From: Saprospiraceae bacterium
GTDB taxonomy: Bacteria; Bacteroidota; Bacteroidia; Chitinophagales; Saprospiraceae
DNA: 64,000 bases
NCBI GenBank assembly: GCA_019634045.1
Contig: JAHQWA010000396.1
Span: 8,164-72,163, forward strand
Direction of reading: 5' to 3'
Every line of letters begins with the position of its first letter. Within the stretch, counting starts at the first letter, position 1. The position numbers and the translations under genes are program-made. Shown piece after piece: positions 49,394 to 58,239 of the stretch. The notes under the pieces were generated by a model. That model had not been told where the DNA came from and did no database searches. It saw only the letters and a program-made list of their open reading frames with translations.

Positions 49394-50398
49394 TTATGGA
49401 TTGATCTTTATCAGTTGCTGCTTGAAGTTTTGCTCCTTGCCATCGCTGATTTGAAGCCAATAGGTGCCCGCCGGTAAATTCAAGGCAGCCAAGTCCATTT
49501 CTAAGCGTTGGTATGGACTGAGGAATAATTGAAGTTGGTGAACTACTTGGCCCGTATTGGCAACTATTCTCAAGTTATACTCCCCCTCTTGTATCGTATC
49601 CAACTCAATTTGAATGTGAGATATAAAGGGGTTCGGAAAAACTTTAATCTCGGGTTTAAGGGGAGAAGCCCATTTCTTTTTTCGCTTAGATCCTGGTCGA
49701 GCAGATACAACACTTATGGAGCCCACCATTCCACCTCTGCATATATATGATCCTGGAGCAGTAACCACTATTTCATCCAAATAAGTGCCCTTTTCCATGA
49801 CTAACTCAAGGTTGGAATTACCCTCAGGGGAGAATTTGATTTCCTGAGATTTAAAGCCAATGTAGGACACTACAATGGTATCTTTCTCTGAATTTAGGTT
49901 AACCTGGAACCAACCATTCAAATCTGTTACAGTCCCGCTCGAAGTTCCCTTAATCCGGAGATTAGCGGCTATTAAAGGTTCACCTTCCTCATCTACTACC
50001 GTTCCTGAAATACTCAAGCTTGATAAATGTTGGGGGATGGAAGAAGAAGTCTCGTCATTGACTAATTGCTCTATCTGTACCTTGGAACTCTGTTGGCCAA
50101 TGGCAGGGACTGCAAGCAATAAGCTAGCAGCTAACAAGCCTGCTTTTGCCCAGGGCGTAGTATTACTTGGAGATATAAGGAACACCTGTCTGTCCAATTG
50201 ATCGGCGCGGAACCTTCCGCACAGTCCCTTGTTGTTCTTGGCAAATCGAGCTAAGATTTGTTGATCGGAAAGTAAAGTAAAATCAACCACTTCCTTTTGA
50301 CAACTTTGACAATGCCGACCTTTTTCGGTGGGTGTCATTTTATCCCAATCTTCGTGGCAGGGCGTAGGGATGGATAGATGTAGAGAACGTACTTTCAT
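49394..50398 (-). CDS. 4-Cys N-terminal module, hydrophobic segment, CarboxypepD_reg-like domain and T9SS CTD protein
   Basis: The start MKVRSLHL is supported by the paralogue's MKVRSIQL. The Cys pattern is C-x15-C-x2-C-x26-C. The hydrophobic segment is AKAGLLAASLLLAVPAIG/QQ. ISGTVVDEEGEPLIAANLRIKGTSSGTVTDLNGWF matches a CarboxypepD_reg domain. The terminal CTD reads KVFPNPF…YWLQI…LIKINP. Confidence 0.75.
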   Translation of the reverse strand: MKVRSLHLSIPTPCHEDWDKMTPTEKGRHCQSCQKEVVDFTLLSDQQILARFAKNNKGLCGRFRADQLDRQVFLISPSNTTPWAKAGLLAASLLLAVPAIGQQSSKVQIEQLVNDETSSSIPQHLSSLSISGTVVDEEGEPLIAANLRIKGTSSGTVTDLNGWFQVNLNSEKDTIVVSYIGFKSQEIKFSPEGNSNLELVMEKGTYLDEIVVTAPGSYICRGGMVGSISVVSARPGSKRKKKWASPLKPEIKVFPNPFISHIQIELDTIQEGEYNLRIVANTGQVVHQLQLFLSPYQRLEMDLAALNLPAGTYWLQISDGKEQNFKQQLIKINP

Positions 50399-50438
50399 GA
50401 GCTGCGTTTTATGTGATTGGTTACTACTATCCATAAAA

Positions 50439-50484
50439 AAACGGGCTAGTGGCAGGATCTGTCCCCTGAACCACTAGCCCGTTT
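50439..50484 (-). terminator. Rho-independent terminator of the M28 peptidase gene
   Basis: aaacgggctagtgg/ccactagcccgttt forms a perfect 14-bp stem, followed on the minus strand by a T-run. Confidence 0.8.
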
Positions 50485-50513
50485 ACTGGGTTTGGTAAGC
50501 TGGCTGTCAAAAA

Positions 50514-51566
50514 CTATAACTGGCCAGCATCTTCCTTGATCAGGAGCTCTAGCAATACTTGACCAACCGCTTTTAAAGTACGTTTGTTAATCACATCCAT
50601 ATTATCGTTTTGGGTATGCCAGTGATTTCCAAACCCTTTATTTTCCGATTCAATCGGCAAATTGATAATGTCAATCATAGGAATTTCAGCAATGGTATTC
50701 ACAAAGTAGTGGTCATCTGTAACTCCACCTCCTTCTGCATTGTGAAAGTAATTACTATACCCCAACTTATTGGCCAGATTCCATACCTTATCCACCACTG
50801 GTGCAGCGAAATAGGTAGAGTATTGTTCCTTGGGGAAACGAGCATTTCTAGCGCCCACCATATCTAATAGGATTCCATACCTGGGTTTGTAGCCGGACCG
50901 ATGTAAGTTATTGGCCCAATGTTGGGATCCCAATGCCCAGGTGTTTCGGTTCTGTGCTCCTTCAGCCTCATCCTTTATGTCATCCTTACTTTCTCCATAA
51001 TCCTCAGCATCAAATAAGACAATATCTACTCCCAACTGAAGGTCCATGGTTTTCAGTTGCCGTCCTAGTTCCAAAAGAACACCAACGCCGCTCCCGCCAT
51101 CATCTGCACCTAAAATAGGTTCGTCCTTGCGATCAGTGCTAATGGGAGAGTCTGCAATATGACGAGTATCCCAATGTGCCGCCAAAAGAATTCTGTTGGT
51201 AGTAGCAGGATTATACTGTGCGATTACATTAGTTGCTTGATAGGTTTTACCCGTATAGACCTTTGCATCAAAGTCCTGCTCAATAACAGTAGCTCCAAAT
51301 TGCTCGAATTGCTGCACAAGCCATTCTTTGCAGGCCTTATGTCCTTCCGAACCTATCACCCTGGGTCCGAAATCGACCTGCTTAGCTACGTAGATATAGG
51401 CAGAATCTCTATTAAAACTGACCCTCTGGGGTTCATTCGTAGGAGGAGCAGTTTTCGCGCTGTTTGATTGTGAAGGGGGCGTGCTATTCTCAGATTTACA
51501 CCCTAAGAACAGAAGGAGTCCGAAGAAAAAGAATACAGAGAGAATTTTATTGGATTGCATATCCAC
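50514..51566 (-). CDS. M28-family metalloenzyme, glutaminyl-cyclase-like lipoprotein
   Basis: The lipobox is LLFLGC. The M28 metal-ligand pattern is AAHWDTRH … GADDGGSGVGVLLEL … VLFDAEDYG … LLDMVG … H. This resembles the animal-type glutaminyl cyclases of Bacteroidota. Confidence 0.7.
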   Translation of the reverse strand: MDMQSNKILSVFFFFGLLLFLGCKSENSTPPSQSNSAKTAPPTNEPQRVSFNRDSAYIYVAKQVDFGPRVIGSEGHKACKEWLVQQFEQFGATVIEQDFDAKVYTGKTYQATNVIAQYNPATTNRILLAAHWDTRHIADSPISTDRKDEPILGADDGGSGVGVLLELGRQLKTMDLQLGVDIVLFDAEDYGESKDDIKDEAEGAQNRNTWALGSQHWANNLHRSGYKPRYGILLDMVGARNARFPKEQYSTYFAAPVVDKVWNLANKLGYSNYFHNAEGGGVTDDHYFVNTIAEIPMIDIINLPIESENKGFGNHWHTQNDNMDVINKRTLKAVGQVLLELLIKEDAGQL

Positions 51567-51584
51567 TGGTTTATTATTTTCAAC

Positions 51585-52628
51585 TCAGAAATGTTTCCAT
51601 CCTTGGGCAGAGAGATCATGAATATTTCCACCCTTTGTGTGCAATTTGATGCCATCTGACGCTGGCACAATCTCACCCATGATATAAATATCTGGTAAGT
51701 ATTTAACCTTATCTAGATCCTTCGGGTCTATGGTGAATATAAGCTCATAATCTTCCCCTCCGTTTAAAGCACAAGTAATGGGGTCCAATTGAAATTTCAA
51801 AGCCATCATTTGAGCATCCGGATGGATAGGTACACCACTCTCTTCAATAAAAGCCCCTACTTTAGACTGCTTACAAAGGTGGAAGATCTCCGATGCCACT
51901 CCATCCGATACATCGATCATGGAAGTTGGTTGTAGACCGCTCTTTTTAAAGACATCAATCATATCCTTTCTAGCTTCTGGCTTTAACTGGCGTCCAACCA
52001 AGAAATCTTGCTCCTCTAAATCCGGTTTGATATCTGGGTTCGATAGGTAAAGTTGTTTTTCGCGTTCTAGTAGTTGAAGCCCCAAATAAGCAGCTCCTAC
52101 ATTACCGGTAATGCAGATTAGATCCCCGGCTTTGGCAGTATTCCGATACACAACCCGATCCTTCTCTACTTGTCCAATCGCAGTTACGCTGATATAAAGC
52201 CCTTTGGGCGAGGAAGTCGTATCTCCACCTATTAGATCTACTTTATAGTAGTCACAAGCGCGTTTTATTCCATCATACAATTCTTCTAATGCCTCTACCG
52301 AAAAACGATTAGACAATGCGATGGAGACCGTCACCTGCTTAGGTATCGCGTTCATCGCATAAATATCAGACAGATTAACAACTATAGATTTATACCCGAG
52401 ATGCTTAAGTGGACTATACATTAAATCAAAATGTATCCCCTCTACAAGCATATCTGTGGATACCACCGTCATCATATTCCCATTGTCAATAACTGCACCA
52501 TCATCCCCCACTCCTTTTATACTGGAAGGCTGCCTCAGCTCAAACCCTGAGGTGAGATGATCAATTAGCCCAAACTCTCCTAAAGTATTAACATCCGTTC
52601 TTTTTGAACGATCTGACGTATTCGCCAT
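51585..52628 (-). CDS. thiL: Thiamine-monophosphate kinase
   Basis: The AIRS/PurM-like fold shows GVGDDGAVI near the N-terminus, DLIGGDTT, and GGEDYELIF. Confidence 0.85.
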   Translation of the reverse strand: MANTSDRSKRTDVNTLGEFGLIDHLTSGFELRQPSSIKGVGDDGAVIDNGNMMTVVSTDMLVEGIHFDLMYSPLKHLGYKSIVVNLSDIYAMNAIPKQVTVSIALSNRFSVEALEELYDGIKRACDYYKVDLIGGDTTSSPKGLYISVTAIGQVEKDRVVYRNTAKAGDLICITGNVGAAYLGLQLLEREKQLYLSNPDIKPDLEEQDFLVGRQLKPEARKDMIDVFKKSGLQPTSMIDVSDGVASEIFHLCKQSKVGAFIEESGVPIHPDAQMMALKFQLDPITCALNGGEDYELIFTIDPKDLDKVKYLPDIYIMGEIVPASDGIKLHTKGGNIHDLSAQGWKHF

Positions 52629-53331
52629 GTTGAAATTTTTAATTGCAAAATCTACGCTATTCCACTGCGCCTCTATTATTCCGCAAATTTATCTTTTTAG
52701 CCTTGATATATAAGTACCTAGCTATTGGAAATTAAGAAACACTTCTCAAGCACAAATAGTTATGTCTTCCTTTGTGAAGGACTTCACGATATCTCATACC
52801 CCATACCCCTCCGAAAAGTCGATCAAATTTATTCAACCGAATACATCATGTCTTCGACACAACTAGGGTTAAATGAGGAATTTAGAAAACAAAGTCTCTT
52901 TTTTTACTTGAATATTAAAATTGTTATTATATTTACCAGTGCGATATTTAATGATCGCACCCCTCCACTAAGTAACACTAACCTCCCACTTATTTTCTCC
53001 CTATTTCAGTTTATGCCTTTGAGGTCCATACCAAGTAGCTATCTATTTTTCTCTTCCCGAAGAGTATCATAATGTCATCAATTTACATTCTATTCGGAAT
53101 GTAAAAATTCATCCCTATGATCCTCCTCTTTTGATAGAGGCAAGATCATGGTACACATTCACTAACATTTCCAATGCCCCCTTGAGTTACATAGTCAAGC
53201 ATCCTTTGATGTTATTGGCATAACTCAAACCACTTTACAAGTCGATCGGTATGTATTTACCTAGGAGATACCTTACGCTCCTAGGCATTAATTTTTTTTG
53301 CAAAACTTTAAAATTCAAAACAGGCATTCCC

Positions 53332-54075
53332 ATGAAAAAATTTCTACTCCTCTTATTAGTTACTCTGGGACTACAATCAAACACGCTCCTACATGCTGCT
53401 GAATATTGGATACAAGTGGCTGTATACGATCACAACATTGGAGATGACTATTTTAAAGATGCTGGCGTAAGAGATGTCGCCATGCATATTGATGCCATGG
53501 ATATTTATCGGTATTACATAAAAGGTTATAGTGATGAAGGCGCGGCAGAGGTCAAGAAAAACGAAGTTGCGGACAAAGGTTTTAAACACGCCAAAGTAGT
53601 AGATATTGAAGCCATCCGCGCTTTATGCAAAAAAGTTTGTGCACCGAAATCCCCAGCTATAGAAACCATATACTTCGATTTTAATAAATCCAAGATAAAA
53701 GATAGATCTGAACGAATACTCAAGGACGTCAGTACAATTCTGGTAGAAAACCCCGAAATGGAGGTACATTTGAACGGGCATACTGACGCTAAGGGAACTC
53801 ACCCCTATAATGACATGCTGTCTAAGTCAAGAGCTAAACAAGCGAAAAGCTATCTAATCCAAAGAGGAATCAGCCCCAGCCGAATTAATACGAAAGGTTA
53901 TGGAGAAAGGAACCCAGTGGCGCTCAACAAAGATCGGCGGGGTAAAGATCTTCCGGAAGGAAGAAGGTTTAATCGTCGAGTAGAAATCATTGTTTCTACT
54001 AAGGAAGATGATGTTAGAAACTTAGTATTAACCTCACAGATACTTGATATTCCATTGAAACTAAGAATACGATAG
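53332..54075 (+). CDS. OmpA-family peptidoglycan-binding protein with a SPOR-like N-terminal region
   Basis: The signal peptide is MKKFLLLLLVTLGLQSNTLLHA. The OmpA_C motifs are NGHTDAKGTHPYNDMLSKSRAKQAKSYL…GYGERNPVA…NRRVEI. Confidence 0.8.
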   Translation: MKKFLLLLLVTLGLQSNTLLHAAEYWIQVAVYDHNIGDDYFKDAGVRDVAMHIDAMDIYRYYIKGYSDEGAAEVKKNEVADKGFKHAKVVDIEAIRALCKKVCAPKSPAIETIYFDFNKSKIKDRSERILKDVSTILVENPEMEVHLNGHTDAKGTHPYNDMLSKSRAKQAKSYLIQRGISPSRINTKGYGERNPVALNKDRRGKDLPEGRRFNRRVEIIVSTKEDDVRNLVLTSQILDIPLKLRIR

Positions 54076-54124
54076 GAGTAAATGTGCTTTTGAAAACTAC
54101 ACTTTACACTCAGGTAAACTATAA

Positions 54125-54157
54125 AACCTCTTTCATTTCGGAAGAGGTTTTTTTTAT
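54125..54157 (+). terminator. Rho-independent terminator
   Basis: aacctctt-(9 nt)-aagaggtt forms a stem followed by TTTTTTTT. Confidence 0.7.
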
Positions 54158-54226
54158 TGCAATACACATACATACCTAAAAGAATGTATAAAAACCTCGA
54201 TATAACACCGTATATACAACTAGCAT

Positions 54227-55396
54227 CTATCGTCCATTAAGCCGATCCAATAATGCTTGAGTGGCGTGAAGGGTGACCCCCTCTGCAGTTGCTAGCGCAA
54301 TCGCCTGTTTGGCAGCCTTTCGTGCCTTGGATCGCTTTCCCATCTTGTAGAAGAGATGAGCTAGCGTATCAAGGTTATGATATCCTGGAGCCAAAGCTAC
54401 AGACTGTTCTGCCCAGCTTACGGCTTTCATGAGTAGCTCTAGATCCTCTACATATTCAAAAAAAGTCCAGGCAATATTATTCAATTCATTGGGATCAGTC
54501 GAGGCATAGGTACTCATGTATTGATCTGCCGCCTCAGCAAATGCTTTCATATTCCCGATAGTTCGAAAATAGTTCATCTTAAAATGAGCGGAAAGTTTGG
54601 GGGCCATATCCGGATAAACCTTAGTATAAAGCTGATCAACCTCCTTCATTGGATTCCCCGTTTTGCCTAAAGGTTTTTTCAAAAACAGACTTTGCAGCTT
54701 AGAAGCCACAGCTTCCCGACCAAACAATAGGTCAAAATCTTCTCGATGATCTACCATATAGTCAAACCAACTTGAAGCTGGATCTTCGATCAAATTGAAG
54801 ATCAACTGCATATTTGGCAGCGTACTCCAATCTTTCTGGGACCTCATATAGGCCTCTGCCACTTCCATACAATCTTCTTCCATGGCATTGTACTTTGCCA
54901 AAATGAGTTTTTGTAGAAATGCCGGAGAACGTTCTCCTTCGCGGTATAGTCGATTCCACTCCAGTAATCCTCCGGTAGGGCTTACGGCTGTTTCACCTAG
55001 TAATCGAAATTCATCCACATCATGAAAGCCAGTAGCTCGGTGTACTACTTCTCCACTTCCATTGATAAAAAGTAAGCTTGGATAGGCTTGGATTCGGTAT
55101 TTCCTTGCAAAGCTTAGCCCTTCCCCTTCCTCGGCATTGATATGTGCATTGATAAACTTATCATTATAAAAAGTCGCTATGGTTGGGTCTGTAAAGACCT
55201 CTTTGCTCATCGTTTTACATGGACCGCACCAATTGGTATACACATCTACAAAGATCAATTGATCGCTAGCCTTGGCCTTTTCTAGTAAACTAGACCAAGA
55301 GGAATCCTCAAATTTGATCTGGATGCGCTCATCCTGAGCGATAGCCACCATATTTATAAAAAACAGCGCATAGACCACGATCCAACTTTTATACAT
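54227..55396 (-). CDS. Secreted thioredoxin-fold protein with a helical/TPR-like C-terminal domain (paralogue A)
   Basis: The signal peptide is …MVAIA/QDE. IFVDVYTNWCGPCK carries a WCGPC active site. The protein is 389 aa. Confidence 0.75.
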   Translation of the reverse strand: MYKSWIVVYALFFINMVAIAQDERIQIKFEDSSWSSLLEKAKASDQLIFVDVYTNWCGPCKTMSKEVFTDPTIATFYNDKFINAHINAEEGEGLSFARKYRIQAYPSLLFINGSGEVVHRATGFHDVDEFRLLGETAVSPTGGLLEWNRLYREGERSPAFLQKLILAKYNAMEEDCMEVAEAYMRSQKDWSTLPNMQLIFNLIEDPASSWFDYMVDHREDFDLLFGREAVASKLQSLFLKKPLGKTGNPMKEVDQLYTKVYPDMAPKLSAHFKMNYFRTIGNMKAFAEAADQYMSTYASTDPNELNNIAWTFFEYVEDLELLMKAVSWAEQSVALAPGYHNLDTLAHLFYKMGKRSKARKAAKQAIALATAEGVTLHATQALLDRLNGR

Positions 55397-55520
55397 AGGA
55401 ATACTTTTGCCGTTAGCAATGAACTTATACGTAAAAAGGTCAAAACACCTTCAGATATAGCCTCAACATAAAGGCATCTTCCAGTATTTTGACCTTTTAC
55501 AGTACGTTTAACAAACGCTA

Positions 55521-56690
55521 TTAACTCTCTATTCTGCGGATGAAACTCTCCACCATTTGAACCTGCTTGGGGTCACCCCCTTTTACTAGTTCAAGTGAAG
55601 TCTTGGCAGCTTCCACTGCTTCAGATTGTTTTCCATTGCGATTCAGGATAGAGGCATAGTTCAACCAATGCCGATAATTCATACTCTTCTTAGCAGCCAA
55701 GCCGGCAAAGCTTTCAGCCTGCTTTTTGGCTTTTGCCTCTCCTTTAAAGTTGCTAGAGATTTGGATTGCCAGGGTGGATAATTCATCCGGATCATTCTTC
55801 AGCACTTTCTTTGCATAGCTCTTGCAAGCATCCAAGTAATCCTCTACTTCTCCCTGACTCAAGCAATAGCCCATTTCTGTTTGATAGATAAAGGATTTCG
55901 CCATTTCAGGATAGTACTTTTTCATAGCCTCGTGCGCCTCCGTGAGCAAATCCTTACTCTTAAATTCAATGGCTTTGTCTGCTGTGGCACGACTAGCATC
56001 TAGAATCCTCGTTTGAACAAGCTCTTGGGAAGTGACCGCTTCGATCTGCTTTCGATGTTCGATCATTAATCCAAATAGGCGTGAATCAGCCTGTGAAGCG
56101 GCCTCCAATAAGAACTTTAAATTCTCAGGGGTATTGAGGTTTTTCTGCGAACGAATGTACTCGTTGGCAATCTTCAAGCTTGGCTTTCCGGCTTTATTCA
56201 GGGCCTTCACATAGTTGTAAACCAGTTGTGGGTTACGATCGCCCTTCTCATAAGCTTCAGCGTATAGACCGCTTCGGTCAATCTTCTTCAGGGCATTTTG
56301 CCCCAACTTGATGAAGCCTTCAACATCCTGCGCTCCTTTTACCTTCATCACCAATTCCCCTGTATAGTCTATATAAAAGAGGGTGGGAAAGGCAGATACC
56401 GGGTATTGCTTTCTGAACTTCAAACCTTCTCCTCTTTCCATATCCAACTTCATATTGATGAAGTTCTTATTGTAAAATTGTCCCACCTTATCGTGCGGGA
56501 AAACATTCTTCGACATTCGCTTACAGGGTCCACACCATACTGCATAAGCATCTACAAAGATGATCTTATCTTGCTTTTTAGCTTCAGCTAATGCTTCCTC
56601 CCAAGTTCCTTTGTAAAAGGAGATGCCCTGTGCATGAAGTGAAATGGTAGCTATCGCGAACAAACTTATTAGAGTCAATATTCTTCTCAT
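55521..56690 (-). CDS. Secreted thioredoxin-fold protein with a helical/TPR-like C-terminal domain (paralogue B)
   Basis: The signal peptide is …ISLHA/QGI. IFVDAYAVWCGPCK is present. The protein is also 389 aa and collinear with its neighbour. Confidence 0.75.
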   Translation of the reverse strand: MRRILTLISLFAIATISLHAQGISFYKGTWEEALAEAKKQDKIIFVDAYAVWCGPCKRMSKNVFPHDKVGQFYNKNFINMKLDMERGEGLKFRKQYPVSAFPTLFYIDYTGELVMKVKGAQDVEGFIKLGQNALKKIDRSGLYAEAYEKGDRNPQLVYNYVKALNKAGKPSLKIANEYIRSQKNLNTPENLKFLLEAASQADSRLFGLMIEHRKQIEAVTSQELVQTRILDASRATADKAIEFKSKDLLTEAHEAMKKYYPEMAKSFIYQTEMGYCLSQGEVEDYLDACKSYAKKVLKNDPDELSTLAIQISSNFKGEAKAKKQAESFAGLAAKKSMNYRHWLNYASILNRNGKQSEAVEAAKTSLELVKGGDPKQVQMVESFIRRIES

Positions 56691-56821
56691 TCCTATGGGA
56701 TTTTAATTCGCTTAAATATACGTATAAATCAGTTTCCTTGGCTGGTTTAACGTTTCCTTAAATCGTCGCCATTAAACCGATTTTGCCTTTTCCAGTCCAA
56801 GAAACAAAAATACGCTACGAC

Positions 56822-58195
56822 ATGGAAAAGATAAAACACCTCTATGGGCGCGCGGGTTTCGGGCTCAGCATACAAGAATGGGAGAAAAAACAGTACCAAA
56901 CTGTATCCCAAGCAGTAGAGGGTCTGTTCGCTAAAGCGCTTTCCACTACCGCAATATCTCCCCCTAATGATCCTGATGTAGAAGGTTTTCTTCGCATGAG
57001 TGAAATGGAAAAAGCTGAAAGGAGAAAGAAAGAGAGACGACTAGTGGTGCTGCAAAGTGCTGCTTGGATCAAGCGAATGAGTAGTGATAGGGAGAGTGCT
57101 TTATTGGAAAGAATGACGCTATTTTGGCATGGCCATTTTGCCTGTCAAAGTAAGACCTCCACTTTGGCCGGCAATCAGCTAAATACCATACGTAAGCATG
57201 CTTTAGGAAACTTCCGTGAACTAGTCTTAGCGATTGCAAGAGATCCTAGCATGATTCGCTTTCTCAATAATCAACAAAATAGAAAGCAAAAACCAAACGA
57301 AAACTTCGCTAGGGAATTGATGGAGTTATTCACCATTGGACGCGGCAATTACACCGAAAAAGATATTAAAGAAGCGGCCAGGGCATTCACCGGATGGAGT
57401 AGTAACGCCAAGGGAGAATTTATCTTTCGAGCCAGAGTTCATGATTATGGTCAAAAGACTTTTTTTGGCAAAAGCGGTCGATTCGATGGAACAGACATCA
57501 TTGATATGATTCTGGAAAGAAAAGAAACGGCCCAATTTATCGTTCGAAAAATCTATCGCTACTTCGTCAATGAGCGGATTAATGAAGATCATATCAAACA
57601 ACTCAGTGAGCATTTTTATACTTCTGACTATGATATTGGAAAGCTCATGCGCAAAATATTCTTAAGTGATTGGTTTTATGAGGTAGAGAATCGAGGGTCC
57701 AAGATCAAGTCTCCTGTCGATCTTATGGCCGGGATGATGAAAAACCTACACATTGAGTTTGAAAATGAACTAGCCCTGGTTTTCCTGCAACGAAGTCTCG
57801 GTCAAAGCTTATTCAATCCTCCAAATGTAGCAGGTTGGCCAGGCAACAAGAGCTGGGTAGATAATTCTACGCTTATGATCCGTCTAAATCTCCCGGCCTA
57901 TCTGTTCAATAGCAAAGAAGTTAATTTCAAATTGAAAGAAGAATTTGAAGCAAAGCGGCAAAACAAAATGACTCGTCGCTTAACAGCTAAGGTAGATTTA
58001 AACCCCATTTTCACACAAGTTCAGGGAAAAGATGTGGAAGAACAAGTAGCCTACCTTTCAGCCTATCTGCTCCCAAATAGTGGCCAGCCCCCCCTACCAT
58101 TACTTAAACACATCACTAGAGGTAAAAGTGCTGCAGACACAACCAAGTTGATTCTGTTAGGTTTGATGTCATTGCCTGAATACCAAATGTGTTAA
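56822..58195 (+). CDS. DUF1800-family protein
   Basis: FWHGHFA and ARELMELFTIGRGNYTE are typical of DUF1800. The start is either the ATG at 56822 or the TTG at 56783. Confidence 0.7.
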   Translation: MEKIKHLYGRAGFGLSIQEWEKKQYQTVSQAVEGLFAKALSTTAISPPNDPDVEGFLRMSEMEKAERRKKERRLVVLQSAAWIKRMSSDRESALLERMTLFWHGHFACQSKTSTLAGNQLNTIRKHALGNFRELVLAIARDPSMIRFLNNQQNRKQKPNENFARELMELFTIGRGNYTEKDIKEAARAFTGWSSNAKGEFIFRARVHDYGQKTFFGKSGRFDGTDIIDMILERKETAQFIVRKIYRYFVNERINEDHIKQLSEHFYTSDYDIGKLMRKIFLSDWFYEVENRGSKIKSPVDLMAGMMKNLHIEFENELALVFLQRSLGQSLFNPPNVAGWPGNKSWVDNSTLMIRLNLPAYLFNSKEVNFKLKEEFEAKRQNKMTRRLTAKVDLNPIFTQVQGKDVEEQVAYLSAYLLPNSGQPPLPLLKHITRGKSAADTTKLILLGLMSLPEYQMC

Positions 58196-58239
58196 TTGGT
58201 ACACTTAAGTCTTGTTTGAATCCTTAAAACATAAGAAAA

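Noticed and set aside
51585-52700. A TPP riboswitch associated with thiL
   Set aside because: I saw no CUGAGA / ACCUGAUCUGGAUAAUGCCAGC-type core in the upstream region, and thiL is not usually riboswitch-controlled.
52725-53072. A 115-aa ORF in the long thiL/ompA spacer
   Set aside because: It has the AT-rich composition bias of non-coding DNA (many F, I, L, S, N, Y). There is no motif, signal peptide or convincing start context.
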